Shown: one piece after another, positions 25,195-36,654 of the stretch | Layout: each line of letters begins with the position of its first letter | How positions within the stretch are numbered: position 1 is the first letter of the stretch | From: Blastocystis sp. Blastoise | Taxonomy: Eukaryota; Protista; Bigyra: Opalinata | DNA: 64,000 bases | Assembly (NCBI GenBank): GCA_039096225.1 | Contig: JBBPEB010000002.1 | Coordinates: 1-64,000 of the forward strand | Reading direction: 5' to 3' | The notes under the pieces: generated by a model | Seen by the model: the letters and a program-made list of their open reading frames with translations, nothing else | What the model was told of the DNA's origin: nothing | Database searches by the model: none | Program-made: the position numbers and the translations under genes

Positions 25195-26688
25195 TTAAAT
25201 ATCACGCACACTACGTACAGCAATCATATGTAAGGTATAAGGAGAACTATCACTTAGATCAGTAGTAGTATGTTTATAAATACCAGCATGAGAAGCTACC
25301 GTATAAGAGGCAGTATCAGCTTCCCAGTGATATTTTGTCTTTTTATCTGTTGGATCAACGTAACTTTTCCATTGACACGTTTGTCCATCAGGAACAGTGG
25401 ATGAATCAATATGTTCATATTTAACATCATGAACATCAACATTACAATCGAAATTCAATTCAATACCACTATCTGATTGGATATTCATTAATGATTTTGT
25501 TGGAATAATATAAATAGGATGTTTAATCCATTCATCATATTTAAGAATAGTTTCAGGATTTGAATTATCAGCCCATAAACAATATAAATTCTTATTAGGA
25601 CAAGATAAACTAGTAGTTTCTGCATTATTGAAGACATGACCTTTTGTAGTAAGATTATGATAATACATTTGAGTAGGGAATTCAGTTTGAGGGAACATTT
25701 GAACATCACCAATCAAACAACTTTGATATGTTGGCCATACATTTGGACTAGCTATATTACTAATAGTTGTTGAACTATAACCATTTGTAAACCAAAATAA
25801 TATATATTCAGGTATAAATGGTAAAGCTCTATTGATATTGAAATGATCACTAGTTATTCTTGTATTTTGATAATCGACTTGAATACATGTAGGTATAGTT
25901 TTATATAATTCATTCGTTTGGAATTGAATATCTTTATAAGTCATTAAATTCATAGTAGCTGATTCCAATTCAAATGTCTTAAACCATTTTTCATCAGTTA
26001 GATGTAACCATTGTGTTGATAGATCTTTACCACCATTCTTGAAATAAATACTCATATTATTATCAATTAAGGATTCAATTGTACTTGTTCTAAATAGCAT
26101 ATTGAAATGTTTAGTTAATATTAATGAATCTCCATCAACACCTAAACCACTAATAAGATATAAAGGAATAGCAATATGAATAGATTGTTTTGGATGTGCA
26201 CGTATATAACGAATAGAATTCAATTCATAAGTATCTGCAGATAAATCCTCACCATACATAGATTTTTCTAAATCATTCTTACTGATATCTTTTAATAAAA
26301 TCATTTTACGACCACGTGAAGCATGTGTACAGTTTTCTTCATATTTTAAAGCACGATCGGATCCATCAGGTAAAGTATAAACCATTTCAACATCAGTGGA
26401 ATCAATAATAGAATAAATATTTGCTTTTTGAACTAATTGATCCAAGAAATATTGACATAATTGATCATAAGTGAAACTAACAGAAGTACCTGTTTCATCT
26501 AAATAAACAGAAACTGGTCCAGCTTTATCTGTTACAGTTGCCTTGACAGTAAGATCCAAATAGGATTGATTGAAATTGATATAAGTATTATCCACATTAG
26601 TCCAATGATATTGAAAGATATAAGGACTTGATAGAATATCAGTATCACTTTGAATAGGAATATTATCTTTAATTCTTAAGATTCTCAT
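25195..26688 (-). CDS. Major capsid protein paralogue B (497 aa)
   Basis: Colinear with 23800-25017: YINFNQSYLDL, NIYSIID, KSMY, IPLxLIxGLG, F(I/V)P(E/D)Y, P(Q/K)T(E/D)FPT, PIYIxP, PYTL, plus extra insertions. Confidence 0.75.
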   Translation of the reverse strand: MRILRIKDNIPIQSDTDILSSPYIFQYHWTNVDNTYINFNQSYLDLTVKATVTDKAGPVSVYLDETGTSVSFTYDQLCQYFLDQLVQKANIYSIIDSTDVEMVYTLPDGSDRALKYEENCTHASRGRKMILLKDISKNDLEKSMYGEDLSADTYELNSIRYIRAHPKQSIHIAIPLYLISGLGVDGDSLILTKHFNMLFRTSTIESLIDNNMSIYFKNGGKDLSTQWLHLTDEKWFKTFELESATMNLMTYKDIQFQTNELYKTIPTCIQVDYQNTRITSDHFNINRALPFIPEYILFWFTNGYSSTTISNIASPNVWPTYQSCLIGDVQMFPQTEFPTQMYYHNLTTKGHVFNNAETTSLSCPNKNLYCLWADNSNPETILKYDEWIKHPIYIIPTKSLMNIQSDSGIELNFDCNVDVHDVKYEHIDSSTVPDGQTCQWKSYVDPTDKKTKYHWEADTASYTVASHAGIYKHTTTDLSDSSPYTLHMIAVRSVRDI

Positions 26689-26781
26689 ATTTCTTTTTAT
26701 TTTAAATAAATATTAATAAATAAATAAAATTAAATAATTTTTATAAATTAATATAAATTATTATTTTATAAATTAGAAAAT

Positions 26782-29267
26782 ATGGAACTTGATGATGATA
26801 ATTATGAAGAACAGACTTCATTAGAAGAGAAGGATACTCGTATTAAAACACATGTAGTCCCTATTGATGTTCATTGTATTGATAATCAATTCAATATACA
26901 TTTATCGAATTCTATTGATATCACTAAAAATATCATTTCTTATATTGATCTTAATTTAATTGGTAGTGAAAGTGTGCCTCTATTTGATACATTCACAAAA
27001 ACACAAATATTCAAATATATAAATACTCGTGTTAATGGAAATAATAACAAATTCAAACAATCACTTTAGATCAGAAAAATTATTCAATTCCACAATTATT
27101 AGAACTATGTCATTTTGATATATGTGATAGGCCATTAATAAGTGAATCTCCTGATATCGATTCTACTGTTAAAATTAAGAAAATTCCAACAATTACAATT
27201 AATAGAGATGATTTTTATTGTGAATTTTATATTGCTAAAACAAGACGTGGTTTTAATTTCCCAAAAGGAACTTATACAGATATAGAATTTTGGTGGATCG
27301 CTGTTTGTTTGGTATCTTCTGTATGGTTAGATAACAAAAATCGACTGATGATGAAATATGATGATGATAATATAATATTATATCGACCCAAAACAACTTC
27401 TTTTCCTATTCCTGTTAGAACAACAGGGACTTATTCATTAAAAGAATATGCAAATAATGGTGTATTTAGTAAGTTCATTCATGATATTCCTACACAAAGT
27501 AGTGATGGAACAATTCAATGTGTAATTAATGAAGAACATGATTTTTATTTTCCAAATGTAACTTCTCCAAATATAAATATGATTCTGAAAATGGAAAATA
27601 GTTTATTTACTGGTTTATTTGACGGTAATGGAACACTAATACACACTGGAAATAAACCAGAAATTGTTTTACAAAGAATTAAGAATCCAGTTAAACATGA
27701 TGATATATTTAATATCAAAACATTAATTACTGTTGAAGATGGATATAATACAATGATTGTTCGACAATTGAGTGGTTATGATGGTGTTCATGAAACTACA
27801 TTCACTGTTCCTCCAGGTGACTATATTGAAGACGAATTCTATGATTTATTAGAAAGTTCAATCAATAATACAATTTATACTGATTATTTAAATATATCCA
27901 AAGATGCTCAAACTATGGACGATAAGGATGGATATATTTTATATTTATCATTTCAAGATATTGATTCAACATCATGGACATTTACAGCTATGGATATAGA
28001 GCACTCCTTATTTAAGTATCGTGGTGCTCTACATAATATACGTCCTGATTTAGTTTATGATGAACAAGGATGTTTTGCTTGGCATGTATCTTATGGTAAA
28101 CAATTATTACCAGATACACCTGTTGATTTGAATACATTAGATTTAGATGGTAATTATAAGTGTTATACTGATAGTCATCATATAGATTTCTCTCAAGCTC
28201 AAGAATTAGGTGAAATCTTAGGTTATAATAAATTAGGTCATGATGAAATTGTTAATTATGGTGTTCATAATATTGATAGTAGTCGTCCAAAAGGAATGTT
28301 AATAGCTCAATCGAATATAGTAGATAATAGTCAGAATTCTTTATATTCATTCAATGTGAATAATTATAAAGGCAATAATGAATTTCATGATATTATGAAT
28401 ATTAATGTGTCTCCTTATTTAAATACTATTCAAGATATTATTATACGATATACTGATAAAAATAAACAATATGTGAATTTCAATAATAATTGTATTTTAA
28501 GAGGATTCTTAGAATTCTCAGATACAGTCGATACGATTCAACCTAGTGAAACCATTAAGAAATTATGTTTGAATTGTTTAACAGCAGACACACAATTCTA
28601 TGCTGAATATCCTACATTGAATATCCAGAATAAGATCTTAAAAGATATTATTATTCAGAATGATACTGATACGATCCAAACAAATGCATCTAAATTATGT
28701 ACTGGATATATAAATGGATCTTATTATCCTACATTTAGTTTTCCTTTATCTGATAAATATGTTACATATAGTAATATAAATTCTCCAATCACCATTGATC
28801 ATCATATAGATTTAAGATTTGATGAATTATTCAAAGGAAATATCATTTGTAATATATGTGAACCGAATGGTAGTGATATACGTTTCAAAGCTTATGATGA
28901 AGTATATTGTGATTTTAGTACGAGTAAGAATTTAATTTATGAATTGAAGAAAACCAATGTCTATGGATATCAATATTTAACTAATATACAAATTATATCA
29001 GTGTATGGTCAATCCACTGATTACTTATATCCTATTTCATTAAGATGTTTTACTAATGAATATGAGAATAATATTCATGTTATTGATACTACAAATCTAC
29101 CTTATTACTATTCTAATGGTATTAAATATGAAGGTATATCAAATAAGATCAATAAGAATGTTTATTATTGTAATCGTAAATTATTAAAGTTATTACCTCA
29201 TGATAATATGTTCTTTATTACTTGTGATTATCCTTGTGTTGTTTTATTAACTATCTCTTATATATAA
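26782..29267 (+). CDS. Large penton-like/spike protein (~828 aa if joined), split by a frameshift near 27048-27069
   Basis: The downstream frame is open from 27048 with no ATG until ~27345 and overlaps the end of ORF 26782-27069. Penton-like motifs ITLDQKNYS, FPKGTY, VPPGDY, DIIIRYTDKNKQYVNF. No 3'-end motif between the parts. Confidence 0.6.
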
Positions 29268-29335
29268 ATATTTTAATTCATTTCATTTAAATTAAAAATG
29301 TTTTGTTATATTATTCATTTAAAAATTATTAAAAA

Positions 29336-29758
29336 ATGGAGCCTAAATCTGTATCTGAATCCTTACATTCTTTATCAAGTACAAGTTCAACAAGTTCAGA
29401 TAGTTCAACAACAACCACATTATCCGAAGAAGAAATAGAAAAGAAAAATACTTTATTAGAATTTATTATAAAAGCTATAAAATGTTTATTTGAGAAATCA
29501 ACTGAATTCTTTCAATTAATTGTTAAAAATATAGATATTCATTGTAATTGTTGTAATCCACAAACAAAGAAAGTCTATTATAAGACAATGAAAATACAAC
29601 AAACTATTATAGAAGAAGAAGTCAAACATATATCTGAAGTCTTGAATGAATTAGAAGAAATCGATTCTAATCAAAATGAATCAATACAAGAATTAGCTGT
29701 TCAATTAATGAAATTAAATATAAGTGTTGATTCTATTGTTCAATCTCTTCATTTATAA
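29336..29758 (+). CDS. PLV hypothetical protein (140 aa)
   Basis: Intact ATG ORF with Ser/Thr-rich N-terminus, HCNCC and helical C-terminus; 3' motif at 29793. Confidence 0.7.
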   Translation: MEPKSVSESLHSLSSTSSTSSDSSTTTTLSEEEIEKKNTLLEFIIKAIKCLFEKSTEFFQLIVKNIDIHCNCCNPQTKKVYYKTMKIQQTIIEEEVKHISEVLNELEEIDSNQNESIQELAVQLMKLNISVDSIVQSLHL

Positions 29759-29825
29759 TTCTATGAAATGTTATAAAATATTAATAATAAATTTGTTTTG
29801 TTTATAAATAATTTAATTTTTAATA

Positions 29826-31622
29826 ATGCAATCAACAGGTTATTCAGATAAAGATTGTGAAGAATTCTTTACAAATTGTATAGATCAATTATTACATTGG
29901 AAGAAAATACAATTATCAACAAGTATAAATTGGAAGAAATGGATAAAGACAATATGTAAGAAATTTCGTAATGAAGAACGAATTCAAATAGATGATATGG
30001 AAGAACCATTCTTTTGTGTAGAAGTGTTAACAGATCCATTTCAATTTCAAAATGTTATGCAACATACACAAACAGAAGCTCCTGGACAACAAGGTAGATT
30101 ATCCAATACTACTGTAGCTAATTATATGCAAATGATTACTTATATAATGAAAAATATATCTATTTGTACAGATGATGAAGATATCATTAATTATAAAGCA
30201 TTTACTCCACAAAATATAAAGAAATGGGAACATTTATGGGGTTCTTTACAAATTGATGCTACTTATTCAAGACATTATGAAATCACTCAGAAAATTATTA
30301 ATTGTGAAGCTGATTGGGGAGAAATCATTAATATCACCAAAAAGAATTATTTAGAGAATCCTAATGATTTATATTATGTGAATAGTTATTTATTAGTTTT
30401 AACTTATGATACATTATGTGCTCGTAATGATTATAATGATTGTGTAATCTATACTCGTGGTCAACAAATTCCTTTATCGTTAAGAAGAACAACCAATTAT
30501 ATTGATTTAAATACTTTGACTATTCATGTGAATGATACAAAGAATCGATTTGAAATTGGTAAGAATGAATATCCTACTTATCAGTATTTATCAGAAGAAT
30601 ATTTAAATGTCTTAGCTAGATCCTTACGTTTATTTCCAAGACATTATTTATTTGTTACTGAGAATGGTGGTAAAGTACGTGATTTGAAATTTGGTGATGA
30701 ATATATAAAACCTCATTTAGGATGGATTTATAAAACACAACAGAATAATTCTTTAATTAATGGTTGTGATATTATAAGACATTTATTTGCTCAATATTAT
30801 TATAGATTATCAAGAGAAGCACAATTCCAACATGATGATTCAGAACATGAATCTAAAGGTGTAGAACTCTTTGAAAATTCTATTATGAAGATGTTACACA
30901 GTCAATCAACACATATGGAAAATTATATATCTCCTTATTTATCTTCTCATTCAACTAAATTGCAAGATTTAGATAATAAAACAAGAACATTTCATATTGA
31001 TATGAATAATATTACTTATACAAGAGAAATTAATCAATTGAATAAATTATTATTTTTATGTAAACGATTTAATGATCGTATAGAACAATATGAAGAAGAC
31101 TATGAAGATGTATTTGGTAAAGAGAATTTCAATATGAAATCAGAATCGATATTATCTACATTAGAACAATATTCATCAGATAATGATACTATAATGATTA
31201 CATTAAGATATTATAAAGATCTATTAAAGCATCATTATCCAGATAAAACAGATTTAGAAAATGAATTACCTGTAGGATGTTCATTAGAATCTGAAGAAGT
31301 CCCAGAGAATTCTAGAGATCGTTATAATCGTTTTATACGTAATAAACAATTATTACCTGATCATTTACATAATAATACAACAGATTCAGAATTAACGAAT
31401 ACTCAAGCATCTCTTATGCAACAGAATACCCAAGATGAAAACTCTACACCTATAGTTATGAATAATTCAGATACTTATGCATTACGTAGTCTTTCTACTA
31501 TGCCTCCTTTAGACCCTATTCATCGGGGTCATGGTTTATTGAAAAAACATAAAGGTAATGCATTCTTTAAAGTCAAAGTCCCTAAAAAACATTTTCATGG
31601 AATTCAATTTAAATTTTATTAA
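29826..31622 (+). CDS. Tyrosine recombinase-family protein, large (598 aa)
   Basis: Catalytic series LCARNDY (R), NDTKN (K), CDIIRHLFA (xxxR), MLHS (H), THMENY (Y), colinear with ORF 40432; long C-terminal extension. Confidence 0.75.
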   Translation: MQSTGYSDKDCEEFFTNCIDQLLHWKKIQLSTSINWKKWIKTICKKFRNEERIQIDDMEEPFFCVEVLTDPFQFQNVMQHTQTEAPGQQGRLSNTTVANYMQMITYIMKNISICTDDEDIINYKAFTPQNIKKWEHLWGSLQIDATYSRHYEITQKIINCEADWGEIINITKKNYLENPNDLYYVNSYLLVLTYDTLCARNDYNDCVIYTRGQQIPLSLRRTTNYIDLNTLTIHVNDTKNRFEIGKNEYPTYQYLSEEYLNVLARSLRLFPRHYLFVTENGGKVRDLKFGDEYIKPHLGWIYKTQQNNSLINGCDIIRHLFAQYYYRLSREAQFQHDDSEHESKGVELFENSIMKMLHSQSTHMENYISPYLSSHSTKLQDLDNKTRTFHIDMNNITYTREINQLNKLLFLCKRFNDRIEQYEEDYEDVFGKENFNMKSESILSTLEQYSSDNDTIMITLRYYKDLLKHHYPDKTDLENELPVGCSLESEEVPENSRDRYNRFIRNKQLLPDHLHNNTTDSELTNTQASLMQQNTQDENSTPIVMNNSDTYALRSLSTMPPLDPIHRGHGLLKKHKGNAFFKVKVPKKHFHGIQFKFY

Positions 31623-31666
31623 TTTTAAAACAAAACAACTTTTTATAATAAAAAATAAATATAAAT

Positions 31667-34600
31667 TTAATTTGGTATAGCATATAAAGTATTATCTATT
31701 AAAATTCGTTTTGTTGATGACGTATTATGATATTGATCTTCACTATAAACAATTTCTTCTTTCTTAGATAAACAATTGGATAAACAGAATAAATCTGTAT
31801 CCACACAATTATTATAAGTATTATCAATCATTAAACCACAAATACCAATAGCATTCCCTCCCTTATAGAAATTTGAAGTATGTTTTCTATGAATATTCAC
31901 AATATCTATAGAATTAAATGTATCTTTACTACTTAAACAACCAAATAAAGCATTTGTAAATTTATCTAAATCTTTCTTAATCGTAAATTGATTATTATTA
32001 TTCACTTTCTTATAACTATTAAAAATATCTTCAATAGTAACTACATTCAAATAATAAGGATCTATAGTAATATGGTTATCAACAAAAGATTTCAAATCAT
32101 ATCCTTCTGTACTACGATCAAAGAATCGTTTCTTACATTCACTTATATGATATTCATTATCTAATTCATGCATATCTAATTGCATACTAGAATAGAAATA
32201 ATTACTTACTAGATAACTAAAGATAATTGAACGATTCTGATAGAATTTATCGGATAGAGTATAATCCATTTCATAATGATTTGGTTTCAATCTCTTTTCT
32301 ACTGTCTGTTTACGTTTCGGTAAATTATGATCTACATAATCTTCATATAAATTAGCATTACCAGGAGGGAAATAACGACAACATGATGGTAAGAAACAAA
32401 CTCTTCTTTCAATAGGACCAGCATTCACAGCAGTAGGTTGGATATTACTTGTCATAAATAAAGTACCCGTGAAATGAACTTTTGTAAATATATTACTGAA
32501 TAATTTACGAGCACTAGCACCTTCTTTCTTTTCTGCTATTTCTTTAAAGACTTTAGAAGAGAATGGATTGAATGTTTTCTTTCTACCAGTAACATCTTCT
32601 TCTATTAATTCATTCATATAATACATAGTCTTATTAGACATATCTACAATCTTAGGAGCTATAGATGTTTCTTCTAAATTATCTGGATTTACTATAATAC
32701 ATTGATTACTACCTACAATACGAGAAATTAAATCAGTTGTTATTGTTTTACCATTACTACCTGTACTACCATATAATATATAAGAAACAGTTTTCTGAGT
32801 ATTGACATAGAAAGCAGTGGTTAGGATACGTAACATAATACTTTCATATTTCTTATCGAATTCACAATATCTTGCATAATGTTGTTCAAATAATTGGATA
32901 ATATCTTTCTGTTCATTATTAATATTCCAACTTACATTAAATTCAGTATCAATTAATAAATCTTCAAATACCATATCTTCTTTATGATATGGTTGGATAT
33001 AATATTGTCTAGGATCTTCTTCTGTAGATTCTTTTGGATATAAATAACCAAGTTGTGTATAGATAACACGTTCTTTATGAACCATATACGTATCTAAATA
33101 TTCTTTATAAGATTTACCATAAGTCTTCAAATAACGATTCAACCATTCTTTATAATGATATTCATTAGTAACAGAAGCAGACATTATTTTATCAACTATT
33201 TTTTGATGTTGTTCATTCTCTTTGGAATATAATCTTGATAGTTTGAATTTCTCTACAATCGATTTCATAAATGTAGTTATTTTGGTTTCAAAGAAATTAA
33301 TATCATAATTATTCTTACAACGTCTTAAGATATTATATTCATCAAATGTATATAAGATAAAATTATCTTTATCTAATATAATAGAAACAATTTCATTAAA
33401 TTCTAATAATTGAAATAACATAACTAATGTTTGTGAATCTACAAGATTAAAGGATTGAATACATTCTAAAATAGACATAAATATGAAATCATTATCATCA
33501 TCTTTATTAAATAATTTATTCTCCATTAATATCTTCAAAATATAATTATTCGATAAATGAGTAGGATCAACTTGTATATGATTCCATGTAGATTCAATTA
33601 CATCATCACTTCGATCATGGCCATAACGTAATGAATAATTTTTAAATAATTCTAATCCTCTTGTTGTATTACAAATCTGTTTTGCTGCACAACATAATTT
33701 ATACCAAGTATTATGAGATTCAAAATAATTCATATCTTCAATAGAACCAATCAATAATAAATATCGTTCTAATAAAGCTTCTTTAGATGCTGTAGTATCC
33801 AATATAGTATCTGTAGAAATCAACATAGGAATATCTTTAATATCTTGTATAGAACATAATATAGTACGTGAACAATTATTTAATCTTTCATAATAACGTT
33901 TATAACGTGAATATTGTTTTAATTTATAAAAGATAATAGGATTAATAATATCACTTATAAGATCATCTTCATTCTTATAATTCAATAATGTTTTGAAATA
34001 ATAATGTTCATTGATTTCGCCTTCTATTTTCTTCCATGATTTATTGGTATATTCTTCATATAATTTATAAGTAGATGGAGAATTATCTTTACTACAACCA
34101 AGAAACATACAACCATTATTCTTTCTGGGTTTACCAATAACATTATAATCAATGAATTCTTTTATATCTAAATTATATGTTTTACATAAATCAACCAATT
34201 TGGTATTCAAAATCATACTATTATATAAGAAAAATAAATAATCACCATTTACAAACCAATTTGTATATATATGAATTCCCCATGAATAATGTATTTCATT
34301 ATGAACTGTCTTCTTATTCACTTCTTTCTTTGTATACACAAGCGAAATAAATTCTTGATTATAATAATGAATACAATGATTACATATTTCTTCAATAAAT
34401 TCATGAATAAAAGAATCTGTTAGAAAAGAAAAATCATTTGATATTTGGTGATAATCTAAATCAAACCATAATCTTCTATAATTAGTTGATGTATTACAAG
34501 GAGTACAATCAATATAATGTAATAATTCTTTTGGATTTTGATAATTAGTAAATAGACTTTTATAAAATGGTAATGGATTTGGTATAATAATTTCACTATG

Positions 34601-34669
34601 ATTATCTTTTGAATTATCATGATTAAAGGAACCAAAAGTATAAACAAAATGAATTTGTGAATTTTCCAT
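31667..34669 (-). CDS. AEP primase - PriCT-2 - D5/SF3 helicase (~1000 aa)
   Basis: AEP motifs LWFDLD, GIHIY, FID. PriCT-2-like NTWYKLCCAAK...LELFKNYS. Walker A YGSTGSNGKT, YYMNEL, LFMTSN, IERRV. First ATG at 34669. Confidence 0.9.
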   Translation of the reverse strand: MENSQIHFVYTFGSFNHDNSKDNHSEIIIPNPLPFYKSLFTNYQNPKELLHYIDCTPCNTSTNYRRLWFDLDYHQISNDFSFLTDSFIHEFIEEICNHCIHYYNQEFISLVYTKKEVNKKTVHNEIHYSWGIHIYTNWFVNGDYLFFLYNSMILNTKLVDLCKTYNLDIKEFIDYNVIGKPRKNNGCMFLGCSKDNSPSTYKLYEEYTNKSWKKIEGEINEHYYFKTLLNYKNEDDLISDIINPIIFYKLKQYSRYKRYYERLNNCSRTILCSIQDIKDIPMLISTDTILDTTASKEALLERYLLLIGSIEDMNYFESHNTWYKLCCAAKQICNTTRGLELFKNYSLRYGHDRSDDVIESTWNHIQVDPTHLSNNYILKILMENKLFNKDDDNDFIFMSILECIQSFNLVDSQTLVMLFQLLEFNEIVSIILDKDNFILYTFDEYNILRRCKNNYDINFFETKITTFMKSIVEKFKLSRLYSKENEQHQKIVDKIMSASVTNEYHYKEWLNRYLKTYGKSYKEYLDTYMVHKERVIYTQLGYLYPKESTEEDPRQYYIQPYHKEDMVFEDLLIDTEFNVSWNINNEQKDIIQLFEQHYARYCEFDKKYESIMLRILTTAFYVNTQKTVSYILYGSTGSNGKTITTDLISRIVGSNQCIIVNPDNLEETSIAPKIVDMSNKTMYYMNELIEEDVTGRKKTFNPFSSKVFKEIAEKKEGASARKLFSNIFTKVHFTGTLFMTSNIQPTAVNAGPIERRVCFLPSCCRYFPPGNANLYEDYVDHNLPKRKQTVEKRLKPNHYEMDYTLSDKFYQNRSIIFSYLVSNYFYSSMQLDMHELDNEYHISECKKRFFDRSTEGYDLKSFVDNHITIDPYYLNVVTIEDIFNSYKKVNNNNQFTIKKDLDKFTNALFGCLSSKDTFNSIDIVNIHRKHTSNFYKGGNAIGICGLMIDNTYNNCVDTDLFCLSNCLSKKEEIVYSEDQYHNTSSTKRILIDNTLYAIPN

Positions 34670-34755
34670 GATTATTTGACTTATAAATAATGAAAATAAA
34701 TATGGTATAAAATTCAAAACAAATAATATATTAAAGATTCTAGAAGTCAGTTTTG

Positions 34756-34904
34756 GAAGCTTCTAGAACATTCAAGAACCTTCTAGAACCTTCTAGAACA
34801 TTCTATAATAGTAAATATTACTTTATATTTTAAATGTTCTAGAACCTTCTAGAACCTTCTAGAACCTTCTAGAACCTTCTAGAACCTTCTAGAACCTTCT
34901 AGAA
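34756..34904. promoter_or_regulatory. Two long heat-shock-element arrays upstream of the primase-helicase
   Basis: 34756-34803: 10 alternating GAA/TTC pentamers. 34837-34904: TTCT(AGAACCTTCT)6AGAA, 14 perfect pentamers. Confidence 0.7.
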
Positions 34905-35014
34905 CATCCTTTTTATACTTTAGTGTTTTAAATGTATATACAATAAACAAAACAATTTTCAATGATTTTTTACAAGTTTATAAGTAAAAATAGAAAAATA
35001 AACAAGAAAAATAA

Positions 35015-35638
35015 TTAAATTTCAATTGGTTCTTGACTATTAATATATGTACATGAATGAGGCCATCCATTTTTATCATATAAAATACCATCCCAGAAAT
35101 ACATTTGTTTTGAAGGATCTCTTTTAATCTTGTTAATACTCTTAGCATGAACAACTTCATAAGAATAAACTTTACCTTTTTCATCATAAAGAAATCCATC
35201 TTCCATATGGAATTTCATAATATCAAAATCATCATCTTTAGAGTTCGAATGTTCTTTAGAATCTTCAGAACATAAAATAGTAGTTCTATCACTTTCTAAA
35301 AGATCTTCAGTATTGATAATATCTTGAATATCTTGTTCTTCATTAAGTTGTTGAGTATAAATATCAGCAGCGAATTCTTCATAATCTTCAAGACCTTTAA
35401 TAACCGCGTTTATACGTTTTAAAGCTGATCTATAGTTTTCGACTTCGAAAGAAGCAAGACGTTCTTTAGATTTTGCAATACCCAATAGATTCTTTTCTCT
35501 ATTCAATTGAGACTGATGTAAATCAATATCACGAAGAACATTCTTATGAACTTCAACAGCCTTCTTAGAATTCTTAAGAAGTTCCATACGAACAGTTTGA
35601 AGACATTTACGGGAATCAGCAGAAAGATTAAATTGCAT
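35015..35638 (-). CDS. PLV hypothetical coiled-coil protein (~207 aa)
   Basis: ATG at 35638 (MQFNLS...); 4-unit HSE at 35750-35767 upstream; 3' motif at 34946. Confidence 0.7.
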   Translation of the reverse strand: MQFNLSADSRKCLQTVRMELLKNSKKAVEVHKNVLRDIDLHQSQLNREKNLLGIAKSKERLASFEVENYRSALKRINAVIKGLEDYEEFAADIYTQQLNEEQDIQDIINTEDLLESDRTTILCSEDSKEHSNSKDDDFDIMKFHMEDGFLYDEKGKVYSYEVVHAKSINKIKRDPSKQMYFWDGILYDKNGWPHSCTYINSQEPIEI

Positions 35639-36036
35639 TATAATCGCGAATATCGTTACAGAGAGAAAATTTGTATTTATCAAAATGAAATAAATAATAC
35701 ATTTAAATGGAATATTAAATATTCTAGGAGACAGTGTAGAATCTCTATGGAATGTTCTAGAAGGTTCATTTGATTGGCTAATTTTGTCGACTTAGCATTT
35801 AGTATTTGTGTTTCAATGACGAGCATAGTCGGCATCTGTAATCTGATTGGATAAAAAAATTAGTAAAACACAATTAGACGATGACGACGATGTGTCATAC
35901 GAAATAAGTTATTTTATTGGCTTATTTTCCAGCTGGAAGCAATAGGCTTTTGTTAGCAACTGAAATGAAGAACTGTACACTAAAAATAGTATATTTAATA
36001 TATTGTATAAAAATACTTTTGAAGGTTTAAATAATC

Positions 36037-36564
36037 ATGGAAATTCCTGATAGTCTTTCTGCCAGTTTATCCCCTTTCGGTCAAGCCATGATATCCCCCT
36101 TGTTGAATCCATTTGAAAATAGTGTTTCTGCAAATCCTATGGCTTTACCCAATGATAATGATTTCTGTTTTAATTCGCGTGACGAAATCATGTTTGAAGA
36201 TCCACCTCAAGATATTCATCCAATCAATGATGTTTACGTATCTAAAAATCCAGATAGATATCATTCGGTTAACAATCAACCAATACAATTTCAAGATCAA
36301 GTAAATACAAATCCTGATAAGCAAGCATTATTATTTACAAATGAGGAGTTAACAAATATATCCAGTCAATTCGAATCTTTATTTCAAACTATTGAAACAG
36401 CTGATAATATATTAAATGGTATTTATTGTACTGTTGATCATTTAAAAACAAAGATTGAAAGTCAGAAACAAGATTTGAAACAGATTCATGATGATTCTAA
36501 AGAAATTGTTTCATTATTATCCGAATATTCTATTTCTTCTATGTCTGAAATATTTGATCATTAA
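36037..36564 (+). CDS. PLV hypothetical acidic/coiled-coil protein (175 aa)
   Basis: Intact ATG ORF, divergent from 35638 across a promoter with several ATTGG (CCAAT) boxes; 3' motif at 36588. Confidence 0.7.
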   Translation: MEIPDSLSASLSPFGQAMISPLLNPFENSVSANPMALPNDNDFCFNSRDEIMFEDPPQDIHPINDVYVSKNPDRYHSVNNQPIQFQDQVNTNPDKQALLFTNEELTNISSQFESLFQTIETADNILNGIYCTVDHLKTKIESQKQDLKQIHDDSKEIVSLLSEYSISSMSEIFDH

Positions 36565-36654
36565 TTATTTTTATTTAATTAATTATTTTGTTTTGTTTAT
36601 TTTTTTTAAAATTAATTACACAAAGTTTAAATGGAAAATAGAATAGTTTCAAAT

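Noticed and set aside
27048-27069. Second programmed frameshift
   Set aside because: No XXXYYYZ heptamer or obvious stimulator; mutation or assembly indel is more likely.
34837-34904. Decamer array as CRISPR or ordinary satellite
   Set aside because: No spacers. The conserved GAA/TTC phasing and recurrent promoter position fit regulatory sites.
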